Shown: piece by piece, positions 46,867 through 56,700 of the stretch
How the letters are laid out: each line of letters opens with the position of its first letter
How positions within the stretch are numbered: position 1 is the stretch's first letter
Program-made: the position numbers and the translations under genes
NCBI GenBank assembly: GCA_965203355.1
Contig: OZ241889.1
Location: forward strand, 896,001 to 960,000
Length of the DNA stretch: 64,000 nt
Source: Candidatus Latescibacterota bacterium
Lineage (GTDB): Bacteria > Latescibacterota > UBA2968 > UBA8231
Direction of reading: 5' to 3'
The notes under the pieces: model-generated
What the model was told of the DNA's origin: nothing
Databases searched by the model: none
What the model saw: only the letters and a program-made list of their open reading frames with translations

Positions 46867-48014
46867 AAGACTTGCAGACGATTCTCCGCCGCGCCCGGGC
46901 GCTCGACGAGGCGGGTGAATCCTATGTCTTGGCCACTGTCGTCCAGACTTCCGGCTCGGTTTATCGCGGCCCGGGCACCCGCATGCTCATCGAAGCCGAT
47001 CTTCAGAGCTTGGGCACCATCAGCGGCGGCTGTCTCGAAGGCGATGTGCGCGAAAACGCACGCACGGTCTTCGCCGACGGCCGGCCGCGCCTTCTCCACT
47101 ACGACGCCACGTCCGAAGACGACATCCTCTGGGGCACGGGGCTGGGCTGTAGTGGGACGGTAGATGTGTTCTTAGAGCGCCTGCCCGGTGGCCCCTTCCA
47201 CTATCCGACCTTCTTACACGGCTGCGCCTTGGAGAATCGGCACGGCGTCCTCGTCGCGGTCTTTGCTACCGAGGGCGAAACGAATGCCGCGCCGGGTCAA
47301 CATCTGATCCTCGATGAGCGGAAAAAGGCCCTCGACGACATCGCCGACTTGGAGCTGCGCGCGATCGCGCTCAACGCCGCTGACGAAATCCTCGCTACGC
47401 TCGACGACACTCAACTTCCCATCGCTCCGGGCTACACGCGCCATTGCGAGTTGACGCACGGCAAGGCCGCCTTGCTCATAGAGCCGCTGTTGCCGCCCAT
47501 TGCCTTGTACATTTTTGGCGCGGGCTACGACGCCGTGCCGCTTGCCCAGTTAGCTGGGGAACTCGGCTGGCGCGTCACCGTCGCCGATCACCGGCCCGCC
47601 TATGCCCGCGCCGAGCGCTTCCCTTGGGCTAGACAGGTCCTCCTCGCCCAGCCCGGTCATCTGCCCGATGATCTCCAGTTTGACAACCGCTCGTGCGCCG
47701 TCATTATGAGCCACAACTACTTACAGGATCAAGCGCTGTTGCGGGACTTGCTCGGCGCACCTCTCGCCTACTTGGGCGTCCTCGGCCCGCACCAGCGCAC
47801 TCAGCGCCTCCTCGCCGATTTGCAAAAAGAAGGCATTGCACCCAGCGATGAGCAGGCCGCACGTCTCTTCAGCCCGGTCGGCCTCGACATCGGTGCTGAA
47901 ACGGCCGAGGAAATCGCCCTGTCCATTCTCGGCGAGATCCAAGCCGCCCTCACGGGTCGCCAAGGCGGCCCGCTCCGCGACCACCCTGGGCCGATTCACG
48001 ATCGGCCGGCCTGA
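46863..48014 (+). CDS. XdhC/CoxI-family molybdoenzyme maturation factor
   Basis: ATVV..SGS.YR.PG, SGGCLE, GLGC.G, FGAG.DA, SHNY..D, SPVGLDIGAET.EEIA. Confidence 0.92.
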   Translation: MKDLQTILRRARALDEAGESYVLATVVQTSGSVYRGPGTRMLIEADLQSLGTISGGCLEGDVRENARTVFADGRPRLLHYDATSEDDILWGTGLGCSGTVDVFLERLPGGPFHYPTFLHGCALENRHGVLVAVFATEGETNAAPGQHLILDERKKALDDIADLELRAIALNAADEILATLDDTQLPIAPGYTRHCELTHGKAALLIEPLLPPIALYIFGAGYDAVPLAQLAGELGWRVTVADHRPAYARAERFPWARQVLLAQPGHLPDDLQFDNRSCAVIMSHNYLQDQALLRDLLGAPLAYLGVLGPHQRTQRLLADLQKEGIAPSDEQAARLFSPVGLDIGAETAEEIALSILGEIQAALTGRQGGPLRDHPGPIHDRPA

Positions 48015-48239
48015 CGCGGCCGTTTCTTGGCACTCATTTCCAGCCGCCAGGGTCAAGCTGGCGCAGGTCTTTTGGTGCCCGTGCAAACTCGGCCCGATCC
48101 GCCGCGCATGTCGCCTTTGATGGCCTTGTTCAAGCTCTTGCACTTTGGCTGCGGTCTTCTTCCTGAATAGTTAATACGTGCTGCGGCAACCGCATTTGCC
48201 TTGCAGAATATCTTGGACCAACAACGCAAGAGGAACACA

Positions 48240-50585
48240 ATGAACCTCCAAGCCGCCCTCCCCGACCTCGAAAGCCCCCAGTATTGCGAGGGCCTTGAAA
48301 AACCCGTCGCCATCCACCGCGACCCTTGGGGAATCCCCCACATTCAGGCTGAAGGCGAAGCCGATTTGTTCTTCGCTCAGGGCTTTGCCACGGCCCAAGA
48401 CCGCCTGTGGCAGATGGACTTCGATCGCCAGCAGGCTTTGGGCCGTTGGTCCGAATGGGCGGGTCCTGCCGGACTGGCGCGCGACCGCCTCTTACGCGCC
48501 GCCGGCATGGGCCGCACTGCCAAATTGGACTACGAAGCGTCTAGCCCCCAAGCCCGCGCCATGCTCGACGCGTACGCCGCTGGCGTCAATGCCTTTTTGG
48601 CGACGACAACGGCCCTACCCGTCGAATACCAACTCCTCGGCTGGTGCCCTGAGCCGTGGGAGAGCTGGCACTGCCTCGCCGTGTACAAGATGCGCAACAG
48701 CCTGCTCGGCACCTTTGAGGCCAAGTTGTGGCGCACCCGCTTCGCCCAAGTCGTAGGCCCTGAAAACCTCGCTCAGTTGATCAAAGGCTATCCCCAAGGC
48801 CACCTGCTCACCGTGCCGCCCGGTGCCGAGTACCAAGGAGCACCCCTCGCCGGCCTCGCCGGCCTCGCCGCCCTCAGCCGGGCAACCGACCCCGGCTCCA
48901 ATGCGTGGTCCATCTCAGGTGCGTACACGGATTCGGGTTTGCCGCTGGTGGCTGGCGACTCGCACCGCGCCCTCGACACCCCTTCTGTCTATTATCAAAT
49001 CCACCTCGCCGGCCCCGCTTTTGCTGTCAGCGGCTACTCAGTGCCCGGCTTCCCGGGCGCCCTGCACTTTTGCCACAACGAATACGTGGCTTGGGGCATG
49101 ACCCACGGCAGTGCCGATACGCAGGATTTGTTCGTCGAGCGCTTCCGCGAAACGGCCGATGGCTTGGAGTACGAATTCTGCGGCGCGTGGCGACCCGCGG
49201 AAATCCGGCGGGAAGAAATTCACGTCCGCGGCGCAGCATCCGTTACCTCCGAAGTCGTCATTACCCACCACGGGCCTATCGTCGCTGGCGATCCGCGCAC
49301 AGGTCAAGCCATCGCCATCAGCGACCCCGGCCTCGTCGAAGGGACTCCTTGGGCCGACGCGGCCCGCGATGCCATGTGCGCCCGTTCGGTTGAGGACTTG
49401 CACCAGGCCTTTGCCCGCTGGACCGACCGTGTCAACAACTACGCGGTCGCCGATGTCCACGGCTGCTTCGGCTACTTACACGCGGGCCGCATCCCGGTGC
49501 GCGAGGCTGCAAGCGGCTGGTGCGCTGTCCCGGGCTGGCGCGGCGAGCACGAGTGGCAGGGCTACATCCCCCACGCCGAGTTGCCCAAAGCCATAGATCC
49601 AGCCACAGGCTATGCCATCACTTGCAACCAGCGCGTGACGGGCGCGGATTACTCCTACTACGTCGGGCTTGTCTTTAGCCCGGACTACCGCGCTCGCCGC
49701 ATCCAGACCCGCATCCTCGCATTGGCAAGGGGCACGGCCACGCCCGAGGCTATGGGCCGCATCCACGCCGAGTGCGTCTCGCTGCCAGCTCAGGTTTTTA
49801 CGCGGGCCTTGCTCGCGCTGGAGCCGCCCGACGCCGATTGCGCCCAAGTGCTTGACCTGCTGCGCCAGTGGGACTGCCGGATGGACCGCGACCAAGTCCA
49901 GCCAGCGATCTACGCGCAAACCCGCGTCCTGCTTGGATTCCGCATCGCGCAACACCTGTTTGGCGACGACGCCCGGGTGCTGCTCGCCGAGGCTGGCGGC
50001 GACGCCCATTGGCGTCTCATCAACCTCGAAGCAACCCTCGCCATTGAGCGCGGCGATACGGCATTGTTGCCGCCCGGCCAAACGTGGTCCCAAGCCCTGG
50101 CCGAGGCTCTCACCAGTGCGCTCGCCGCGCTCAGGGAAGCCCTCGGCTCGGACATGGGCCAATGGCGTTGGGGCCGTTTGCATCGCACCCAGCCTCAGCA
50201 TCCGCTCACGGCGGTTTTCCCCGAGGCCGCTTCCTTGCTCAATCCCCCGGCACTTCCCGTCCACGGCGATGGCGATACGCCCCTAGCTGGCAGCCATGCC
50301 TTCGACGATTTTGCGGTTACGGGTCTTTCGGTCAATCGCTATATCTTCGATCCGTCCGACTGGACTCGCTCGCGCTGGATCGCGCCGCTGGGTGCTTCGG
50401 GCCATCCGGCTAGCCCGCACTACGCCGACCAAGCCCAGCTTTGGGCCGATGTGGAATTCATACCGCAGTTGTGGGATTGGCAGGAGATACGCGACCGGGC
50501 GGAGACCACGCAGTATCTAAGGCCGCGTGCCCAAGGCGGTGGTGCGGACCGAGGAAACCGCCCCGACGCGGTGCTGGCGGAATAA
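48240..50585 (+). CDS. Penicillin acylase-family Ntn hydrolase
   Basis: RDPWGIPHI, AQGF..AQDRLWQM, GSNAW (catalytic Ser), DSH, G.SG.P.SPHY.DQ. Confidence 0.92.
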   Translation: MNLQAALPDLESPQYCEGLEKPVAIHRDPWGIPHIQAEGEADLFFAQGFATAQDRLWQMDFDRQQALGRWSEWAGPAGLARDRLLRAAGMGRTAKLDYEASSPQARAMLDAYAAGVNAFLATTTALPVEYQLLGWCPEPWESWHCLAVYKMRNSLLGTFEAKLWRTRFAQVVGPENLAQLIKGYPQGHLLTVPPGAEYQGAPLAGLAGLAALSRATDPGSNAWSISGAYTDSGLPLVAGDSHRALDTPSVYYQIHLAGPAFAVSGYSVPGFPGALHFCHNEYVAWGMTHGSADTQDLFVERFRETADGLEYEFCGAWRPAEIRREEIHVRGAASVTSEVVITHHGPIVAGDPRTGQAIAISDPGLVEGTPWADAARDAMCARSVEDLHQAFARWTDRVNNYAVADVHGCFGYLHAGRIPVREAASGWCAVPGWRGEHEWQGYIPHAELPKAIDPATGYAITCNQRVTGADYSYYVGLVFSPDYRARRIQTRILALARGTATPEAMGRIHAECVSLPAQVFTRALLALEPPDADCAQVLDLLRQWDCRMDRDQVQPAIYAQTRVLLGFRIAQHLFGDDARVLLAEAGGDAHWRLINLEATLAIERGDTALLPPGQTWSQALAEALTSALAALREALGSDMGQWRWGRLHRTQPQHPLTAVFPEAASLLNPPALPVHGDGDTPLAGSHAFDDFAVTGLSVNRYIFDPSDWTRSRWIAPLGASGHPASPHYADQAQLWADVEFIPQLWDWQEIRDRAETTQYLRPRAQGGGADRGNRPDAVLAE

Positions 50586-50702
50586 TCGCAACTTCCCAAA
50601 GCCGCGAAATGGTGCAGATGGCGTCACGGATCGTTTTTCAATGGGACGTGTCCGCGTTCAGCGCGGCCTCACCGTTGCAACGCGATCGGATGAATTTCGT
50701 GG

Positions 50703-50732
50703 CAATAAGTTGCCCTTAGAGGTAAATTATTG
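50703..50732 (+). promoter_or_regulatory. Inverted repeat, probable AbiEi autoregulatory operator
   Basis: CAATAAGTTGCC-N6-GGTAAATTATTG (10/12), immediately before the ATG. Confidence 0.5.
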
Positions 50733-50734
50733 TT

Positions 50735-51373
50735 ATGAAATTCGATCACTTGCTCGCCATCGTCGCCGATGAGCCGGTGTTTGAAACCGGCCTACTCTTG
50801 TTCGGCTCTGTGAACCCAAGCGATGTGCGGCGACAGCTTGTGCGCTGGACCCAAGCCGGACGCCTGATCCAGCTGCGGCGCGGGCTATACGCGCTAGCAC
50901 CTCCCTATCGCAAAATCGCGCCCCATCCCTTCCTCGTTGCCAATCGACTGGTACACAGCTCGTATGTCAGCGGTCTGTCGGCGTTGGCATACGCCGGGGT
51001 GATTCCCGAGTACGTGCCGGAAGTGACCAGTGTGACCGGTGGGCGTCCGCAATGCCGCCGGACGCCGCTAGGCCGCTTTTCCTTTCGACACCTTAAAACC
51101 GATCTGCTCTACGGCTATCAACACGTGGAGTTGGCACGTGGCCAGTCGGCTTTTGTTGCCGCGCCGGAAAAGGCTCTGCTCGATCTGGTTTATTTACAGC
51201 CGCATGGCGATACTCCAGCCTATATCAACGAACTGCGCCTCGATTGGAGAAGCCTCGACCTAGCGGAATTGGACAGATTGGCTGCTATCGCCGACCGCCC
51301 CAAATTGCTGAGAGCCGTGCCGTGCATTCGCGCACTAGCCCAAGACGCGGCGTTGGGTTACGAACAGCTATGA
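50735..51373 (+). CDS. abiEi: Type IV TA antitoxin AbiEi-family transcriptional regulator
   Basis: QL.RW...G.LIQLRRGLY, SYVS..SAL.Y.G.IPE, A.PEKALLD. Confidence 0.85.
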   Translation: MKFDHLLAIVADEPVFETGLLLFGSVNPSDVRRQLVRWTQAGRLIQLRRGLYALAPPYRKIAPHPFLVANRLVHSSYVSGLSALAYAGVIPEYVPEVTSVTGGRPQCRRTPLGRFSFRHLKTDLLYGYQHVELARGQSAFVAAPEKALLDLVYLQPHGDTPAYINELRLDWRSLDLAELDRLAAIADRPKLLRAVPCIRALAQDAALGYEQL

Positions 51374-52173
51374 AAGATCACCTGTTTCAACTCGTGCAGG
51401 TTGCCGATCCCTTGCAGGGGCGCAACGTCCTGCGCGAATACTTGCAGGCCCGCATCTTGGATGTGTTACAGCGCGCGGGGGCGATGGTACCGCTGGCGTT
51501 TCAAGGGGGCACTAGCCTGCGCTTCCTCTTCGCGCTACCGCGCTACTCCGAAGACCTCGACTTTACTCTTGAAGGCGATCCGGCTTCTTGCGATTTGCGG
51601 GCTTATTTAACAGCCATTCGTGCGGAATTTACCCGCGAAGGGTACGAAATCGGGCTCGGCTTAAACGACCAGCGGACCGTCCACCGGGCGTTCGTGCGCT
51701 TCAGGGGTTTGCTGTACGAGGCCGGTCTCTCTCCGCATCAGAACGAAGTGCTCTCCGTGCGGATTGAGGTTGATACGAACCCGCCAGCCGGTGCCGTGCT
51801 GGAAACTCGTTTGGTGCGTCGGCACGTGACACTGCGGCTCCAGCATCACGACCGGGCTTCCCTGCTAGCTGGCAAACTACATGCGATTCTACAGCGCTCT
51901 TATACCAAAGGGCGGGATTTATACGATTTGATATGGTACTTGAGTGACCGGACATGGCCTGCGCCCAACCTGCCCCTACTCAACGCGGCGTTGCAACAGA
52001 CGCAGTGGCCTGGCGAGGCACTGACGGAGCGGACTTGGCGGGAAGTGCTCAGCAGTCGGCTACGGGCGTTGGCGTGGGATCAGGCGGCGGCTGATGTGCG
52101 TCCGTTTTTGGAACGGGAGGAAGACGCGGCGCTATTGAACATGGAAATCGCGTTGCAGGTACTGGTCGGCTAA
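51370..52173 (+). CDS. abiEii: Type IV TA toxin AbiEii nucleotidyltransferase
   Basis: REYLQ, FQGGTSLR, RYSEDLDF, GKLHA, KGRDLYD; ATGA overlap with abiEi. Confidence 0.9.
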   Translation: MKDHLFQLVQVADPLQGRNVLREYLQARILDVLQRAGAMVPLAFQGGTSLRFLFALPRYSEDLDFTLEGDPASCDLRAYLTAIRAEFTREGYEIGLGLNDQRTVHRAFVRFRGLLYEAGLSPHQNEVLSVRIEVDTNPPAGAVLETRLVRRHVTLRLQHHDRASLLAGKLHAILQRSYTKGRDLYDLIWYLSDRTWPAPNLPLLNAALQQTQWPGEALTERTWREVLSSRLRALAWDQAAADVRPFLEREEDAALLNMEIALQVLVG

Positions 52174-52276
52174 TTATGCTAATCCCAACGATTTCCGCCC
52201 GTGCTGCGACGATCTCGACGACCTAATTGTGTAGGCTTTGGACGCACCGACACGCTGCCCGCCGCTTGCAACCTAA

Positions 52277-52409
52277 GAAGCGTTTTTAAAATTGTTCTTA
52301 TTGTTTTTTGATCCCCTCAAAAAGCCTAGTAGCAATGGAGTCTCGCCCGCGGAAAACGCCCGATCCAGGAACCGCTCGAGTAGTCCGACGAGAATTTTAA
52401 AAAGGCTTC
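52277..52409. mobile_element. 133-bp MITE with 17-bp terminal inverted repeats and a TAA target duplication
   Basis: GAAGCGTTTTTAAAATT (52277-93) and AATTTTAAAAAGGCTTC (52393-409), 16/17; TAA at 52274-76 and 52410-12; no transposase. Confidence 0.75.
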
Positions 52410-53236
52410 TAACGGCCTTGATAAGCCCGTGCTGGCTTGGCGCGATCACCAGAGGTCGCCGCCTTAACGTGGCCCCAACTGGTCTGCTCTACGGCGGTCG
52501 TCCAATCCCTGGTGATAACTCGACCGCCGATGTGGGCTTCTTTGAGCAGACCAAAGTTCCAAAACTCAACTTCCGTTGTGAACTGAGTGATATAGATGGG
52601 GCCTACTCCCACTTCAAACACTTCATCCCATTCCATCGCATAGAACGTTGCGAAAAAGCGGAAAAATCGCTGTGTAGGTGCTACTTGAAGAACACCCCAA
52701 CAGCACTTCCAGTTCGGCTCTGGCGGCTCCCGAAAAGGAGTGGTATTAAATACCCACCATATAACTACAAATGGCGAAGAAGGATTTTCTGGGAGCGGTA
52801 AGTCCCAAACCGTCCCTTGGGGTGCCGCAAAGTCATACAGCAGCCAATCCGTCTGCTTGGGGTCTAAAGGGTGTGGGTCCGGGCGAAGCATGTGCTCACC
52901 CATGTCCTCTGCTAGGTCACCAAACGCCAGGGTATCCGGCTGCTCTAGGTAGCGAAAGACTTGCGCTCCTTCTTTTCTCAGGTAGAGCGTGTCGGGTAGA
53001 GTAGGATTCCAGTCCTTCCGCACGACAAAGTACGACTGTTCCTTCAACTGCACTTGGCCGATTACTTCCGTTGAAACGGTCTCGTCCAGGCGGAAGATGT
53101 CTGAGTATCTTTCGTCATACTTCTGAAAGACCCATCGGTTGCCTACTTCCAGCGGGAAGAAATCGCCTTCTTCGGCTTGAGCGGTACTCATGCCGCCTGC
53201 AACGAAGGCTGCTAATGCGATCCATCGAAGTGCCAT
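52409..53236 (-). CDS. Secreted protein with an N-terminal FFPLEVGNRW motif and a C-terminal TAVEQTSWGHVK motif
   Basis: ATG at 53236 after GGAGG; signal peptide ending AQA. Confidence 0.75.
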   Translation of the reverse strand: MALRWIALAAFVAGGMSTAQAEEGDFFPLEVGNRWVFQKYDERYSDIFRLDETVSTEVIGQVQLKEQSYFVVRKDWNPTLPDTLYLRKEGAQVFRYLEQPDTLAFGDLAEDMGEHMLRPDPHPLDPKQTDWLLYDFAAPQGTVWDLPLPENPSSPFVVIWWVFNTTPFREPPEPNWKCCWGVLQVAPTQRFFRFFATFYAMEWDEVFEVGVGPIYITQFTTEVEFWNFGLLKEAHIGGRVITRDWTTAVEQTSWGHVKAATSGDRAKPARAYQGR

Positions 53237-53419
53237 TTTGTGATTCCTCCATTGTGCTTGCTGGTGTCGAGCGATCTCAGGATTCTCATCTCCCGAAAAG
53301 TCCAATACCGACGCGACCTGCGGCCGCTTCAATACTGGAAGCCGGCGTGGAGCAGCGACCGATACGAGTGCCTATCACCTCCTTTCTGCCGCATCAGCCG
53401 CGCCTTCAACGAGAATAAT

Positions 53420-53436
53420 AGCATATTCCGTGCCAA
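53420..53436 (-). promoter_or_regulatory. Sigma54 (-24/-12) promoter
   Basis: Minus strand TTGGCACGGAATATGCT: GG-N10-GC with a TGGCACG consensus. Confidence 0.75.
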
Positions 53437-53554
53437 CAATTAGGCCGTATGCAAAAAAATCCTTTAGAACGAACCTAACGCCTTGAAAAACATGATACTT
53501 AAAATTATGGACGAGACTTTACAAAAGACGATGACGCACCGGCGGCGCAAGATT

Positions 53555-53617
53555 TTACACGAATTTTCTGTGGGATTACACGAATTTTCTGTGGGATTAC
53601 ACGATTTTTCCGTGGAA
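53555..53617. repeat. Three tandem 21-bp repeats
   Basis: TTACACGAATTTTCTGTGGGA x2 plus TTACACGATTTTTCCGTGGAA. Confidence 0.9.
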
Positions 53618-53758
53618 CAGCACAACCGGCGATGGCCGTTAGGCACCGGGCTTTTTCGGCGGCGTAACCCGTATTTCTGGTAGTATTAGCTGCTCGTCAG
53701 GACACAGATCACTTGCGAACCGACGCTGATACGAGCCGATTTTTAGGGAATAAAGACG

Positions 53759-56700
53759 TTAGGCTTTTTGTGAAGCGTTGGTATTCAGTCGGACGCGAGT
53801 GCGCCAGATCGCACACAGTGGCACTACTAGTATTAGCAAGATGGACGAGGACACTAGGCCGCCTGATGTCCCGAGTGCTAGGGTGTACCACAAGTTCGTT
53901 CTGTCGCCTTGAAGCAATAAAGGAAGGAAGCCGGCGATGGTCGTAAGGGTGGTGATGAAAATGGGGCGTAGGCGCTGGAAGGCCGCTTTGGCAACCGCCT
54001 CCTTGGGATCGGCTGGCCGCTGTTGCAAGGCGTTGGAGATGGTGTACACGAGCAGGATAGAATTGTTGACGGCAATGCCCATCAGCAGCAACAAGGCCGC
54101 ATAGCCGCCTTGGTTAAAAGGGGCGTCGAAAAGGAAGAGCGCGGCACCCATTCCTATGAGTGCGAGGGGCAGGGCAATGAGCACCAATAGCGGCTGAGTC
54201 CAAGACTCAAAGAGCGCGGCCGCGATCATCCAGACCAAGAGAACGGACAAGAGCACGATGCCCCCCAACTCCCATTGCTCCTTTTTGTCCATCTCGTATA
54301 TCATGGGATTGGAAAGGGTATAACCGTATGGCAGGGACGTGTGGTCGACAATGTCTTGGAGGATGCTGTTGGAATAATCGAAGCTGCCCAAAACCATGAA
54401 ACCAACGGTGCGGATGTAGCGTTGATCTTTGCGTGTTATGCTAGGTGGCACGGTTCGCTTTTCAATGTGGGTGACGTGCCCGATGCGCGCCGGGTGTGCG
54501 TCCAACTCCACTTGGCTTAAGCGGCGGGTGGTCATGCGGCTGGCACCGGTATCGGCGACGCTTACAGCGTATTGTTGCCCGTCCATATAGACTTGTGCGA
54601 AGGTACCGCCAGTGGCGAGCCGATCTTGAATATCGTGGACAATGTCGGCGTGATCGAGGCCGCGCGGTGCGGTTTTGGCATGGTCAAACTGGACCACTAC
54701 TTCGCCCTGGGGTGGACTGGTAGTAAAGTCGACGTGAATGTCCTTAATCCGCCGCGAACGACGCTGCTTTTGCTTTAGTCGATCGGCGATGTCTTCGGCA
54801 ATGTTGCCCACTTGCCCAAAGTTGAACCCGTGAATACTAAGCCGGTTGGAGACGCCGCGGCCCCCGTACAGAGGCTTGCCCGTGATACTTTCCAGTCCCT
54901 TGCCATATATCGACATTCCCACGCCGCCGAGGTTGCCCTCGTAGGCCCCTAGACGCTCGTAGAGGACGTAGGGTATATCCGAGGTGAGGTACTCTTCCTT
55001 GAGCAGCACCTGAATGAGCCCGAACCGGCCCGCAGTTTGGGTGATGACACCCTCGATATACGGCGCAAAGTTGAACAATTGTTTTTCGACATCCCGCAAA
55101 ACTTTGTCTATCTGGCTTATGTGGGAGTTGTGGGGTATTCGGAGATCGACAATCAGCGAAAAGCCTTCTGAGAGTTCTGGGAAAAAGTGTTGGGAAGGTC
55201 GCCGGTCGAGCCGATGCGATAGGTCGCGAAACAAGAGATACGTAGCCCCACCCAACACCTTAAAAAGTGCTGGCTTGATCGCGCTTACTGTGGGATTGCT
55301 CCACGCTTGATTGTAAAGGTCGGCCCCGCTAGCGTAGAGCCGCTCCCGGATCGGGCGATCTGCGCGCGATCGTTTGGACGCGGATGTCGCGTTGCTTGAT
55401 AAACTGGGCGAAGAGGTTGTATCTCGCGTTGCGAGATATGCCTTGTACTGTTGTCGCGTGGTGATTTTGTCGGTGGCTTGCACAACCTGCTCGTCGCCTA
55501 GTTTGTCCGGTAATAGCCACAGCGGTACGCCTACTGCCCACACGACCAAACCGAGGAACATTTTTTTGCGACGGACGCAAAAAAAGAGGACCGCGCGATA
55601 CAAGCGATAGAAGCGGTCTGTGGATGCAGCCGAGGTGGGAACCGACCGTGCGATCGTCCGGTAGAAGAAGGTCGGGATCAGGACGAGAGCGACTAGGAGG
55701 GCAATGGTGAGGGTTAGGCTGAGGGCAACCACAAATGGCTCTAAATAGCCTTGTAATTTCCGAGAGAGGAAAAAGACCGGTAAAAAGGCCCCCAAGGTGG
55801 TCAGATTAGACACGACGATGGGATGCACGCCTTCGCGCAATCCCGCCGCCACGGCCGCCCGCAAATCCCCGCCGGGTCCGCAGGATTGGACTCGGCGGTG
55901 GAGATAGTCGTAGATGACAATGGCGTTATCCACGATCAGACCAAAACCGATGGTGAAACCAGCGAGGGTCGCGAGGTTTAGGTGAATGCCGAGGGCGAAG
56001 AACAACACGACGGCCCCTAGGACGGACAACCAAATGGAACTCAAGATGAGCAAGACCGTTTGAAATCGCTTGAAAACGCCGACCAGCACTAACGCAATAA
56101 ACGCGATGGAAAACGCCGACCAGCGCAGCAGAAAACGGAAGTCTCGCTCTATCTCGGCTCCTTTGTCGTGCAGCGCGACGATCTCAAAGCCCTCGGGCAG
56201 ATGTTGGGAAAGTTCGCCCACCTTCTCCCGAATTTGCTGGGAAGTGTGGATCATATCGCTACCGGGCGTCTTTTCAAATAGGATGGCAATAGCGTTGCGC
56301 CCATTGATCCGATAAAGAGATGTCGGCGGGCCAGGTCGGTAGCGCACGGTCGCTACGTCCTTTAGGTAAATGAAGCGGCCGCTCGCCAGTCGCTTCAGCG
56401 GCACGTCCTCAAGGGTCTCCAAGTCGGCGAGGTTTCCGTAAAGCTGGATGCTGCTGAGTGCACCTTGGCTTTGTGCGGCGCCGAGAAAACGGGTCTGTAT
56501 GCCTTGAGCGGCTATCGCTTGGCTCAGTACGCCTTGGTCGATTTGCCAACGCTGTGCCAAGAGGTGGTTCATTTCGAGGAAGATGTGCTGTTGGGCACCG
56601 CCGAGCACGGTCACTTGCTCGACGCCCGGCACGGATTGCAAGGGCAGGTGTAATCGGTCGTCTACATATTGGCGCAGCACTACGGGGTCTTCGTGCGCAA

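Noticed and set aside
53555-53617. CRISPR array, or coding repeat in ORFs 53483-53683 / 53464-53646
   Set aside because: The units are contiguous with no spacers. The 21-bp period keeps frames open by chance, and the region looks regulatory.
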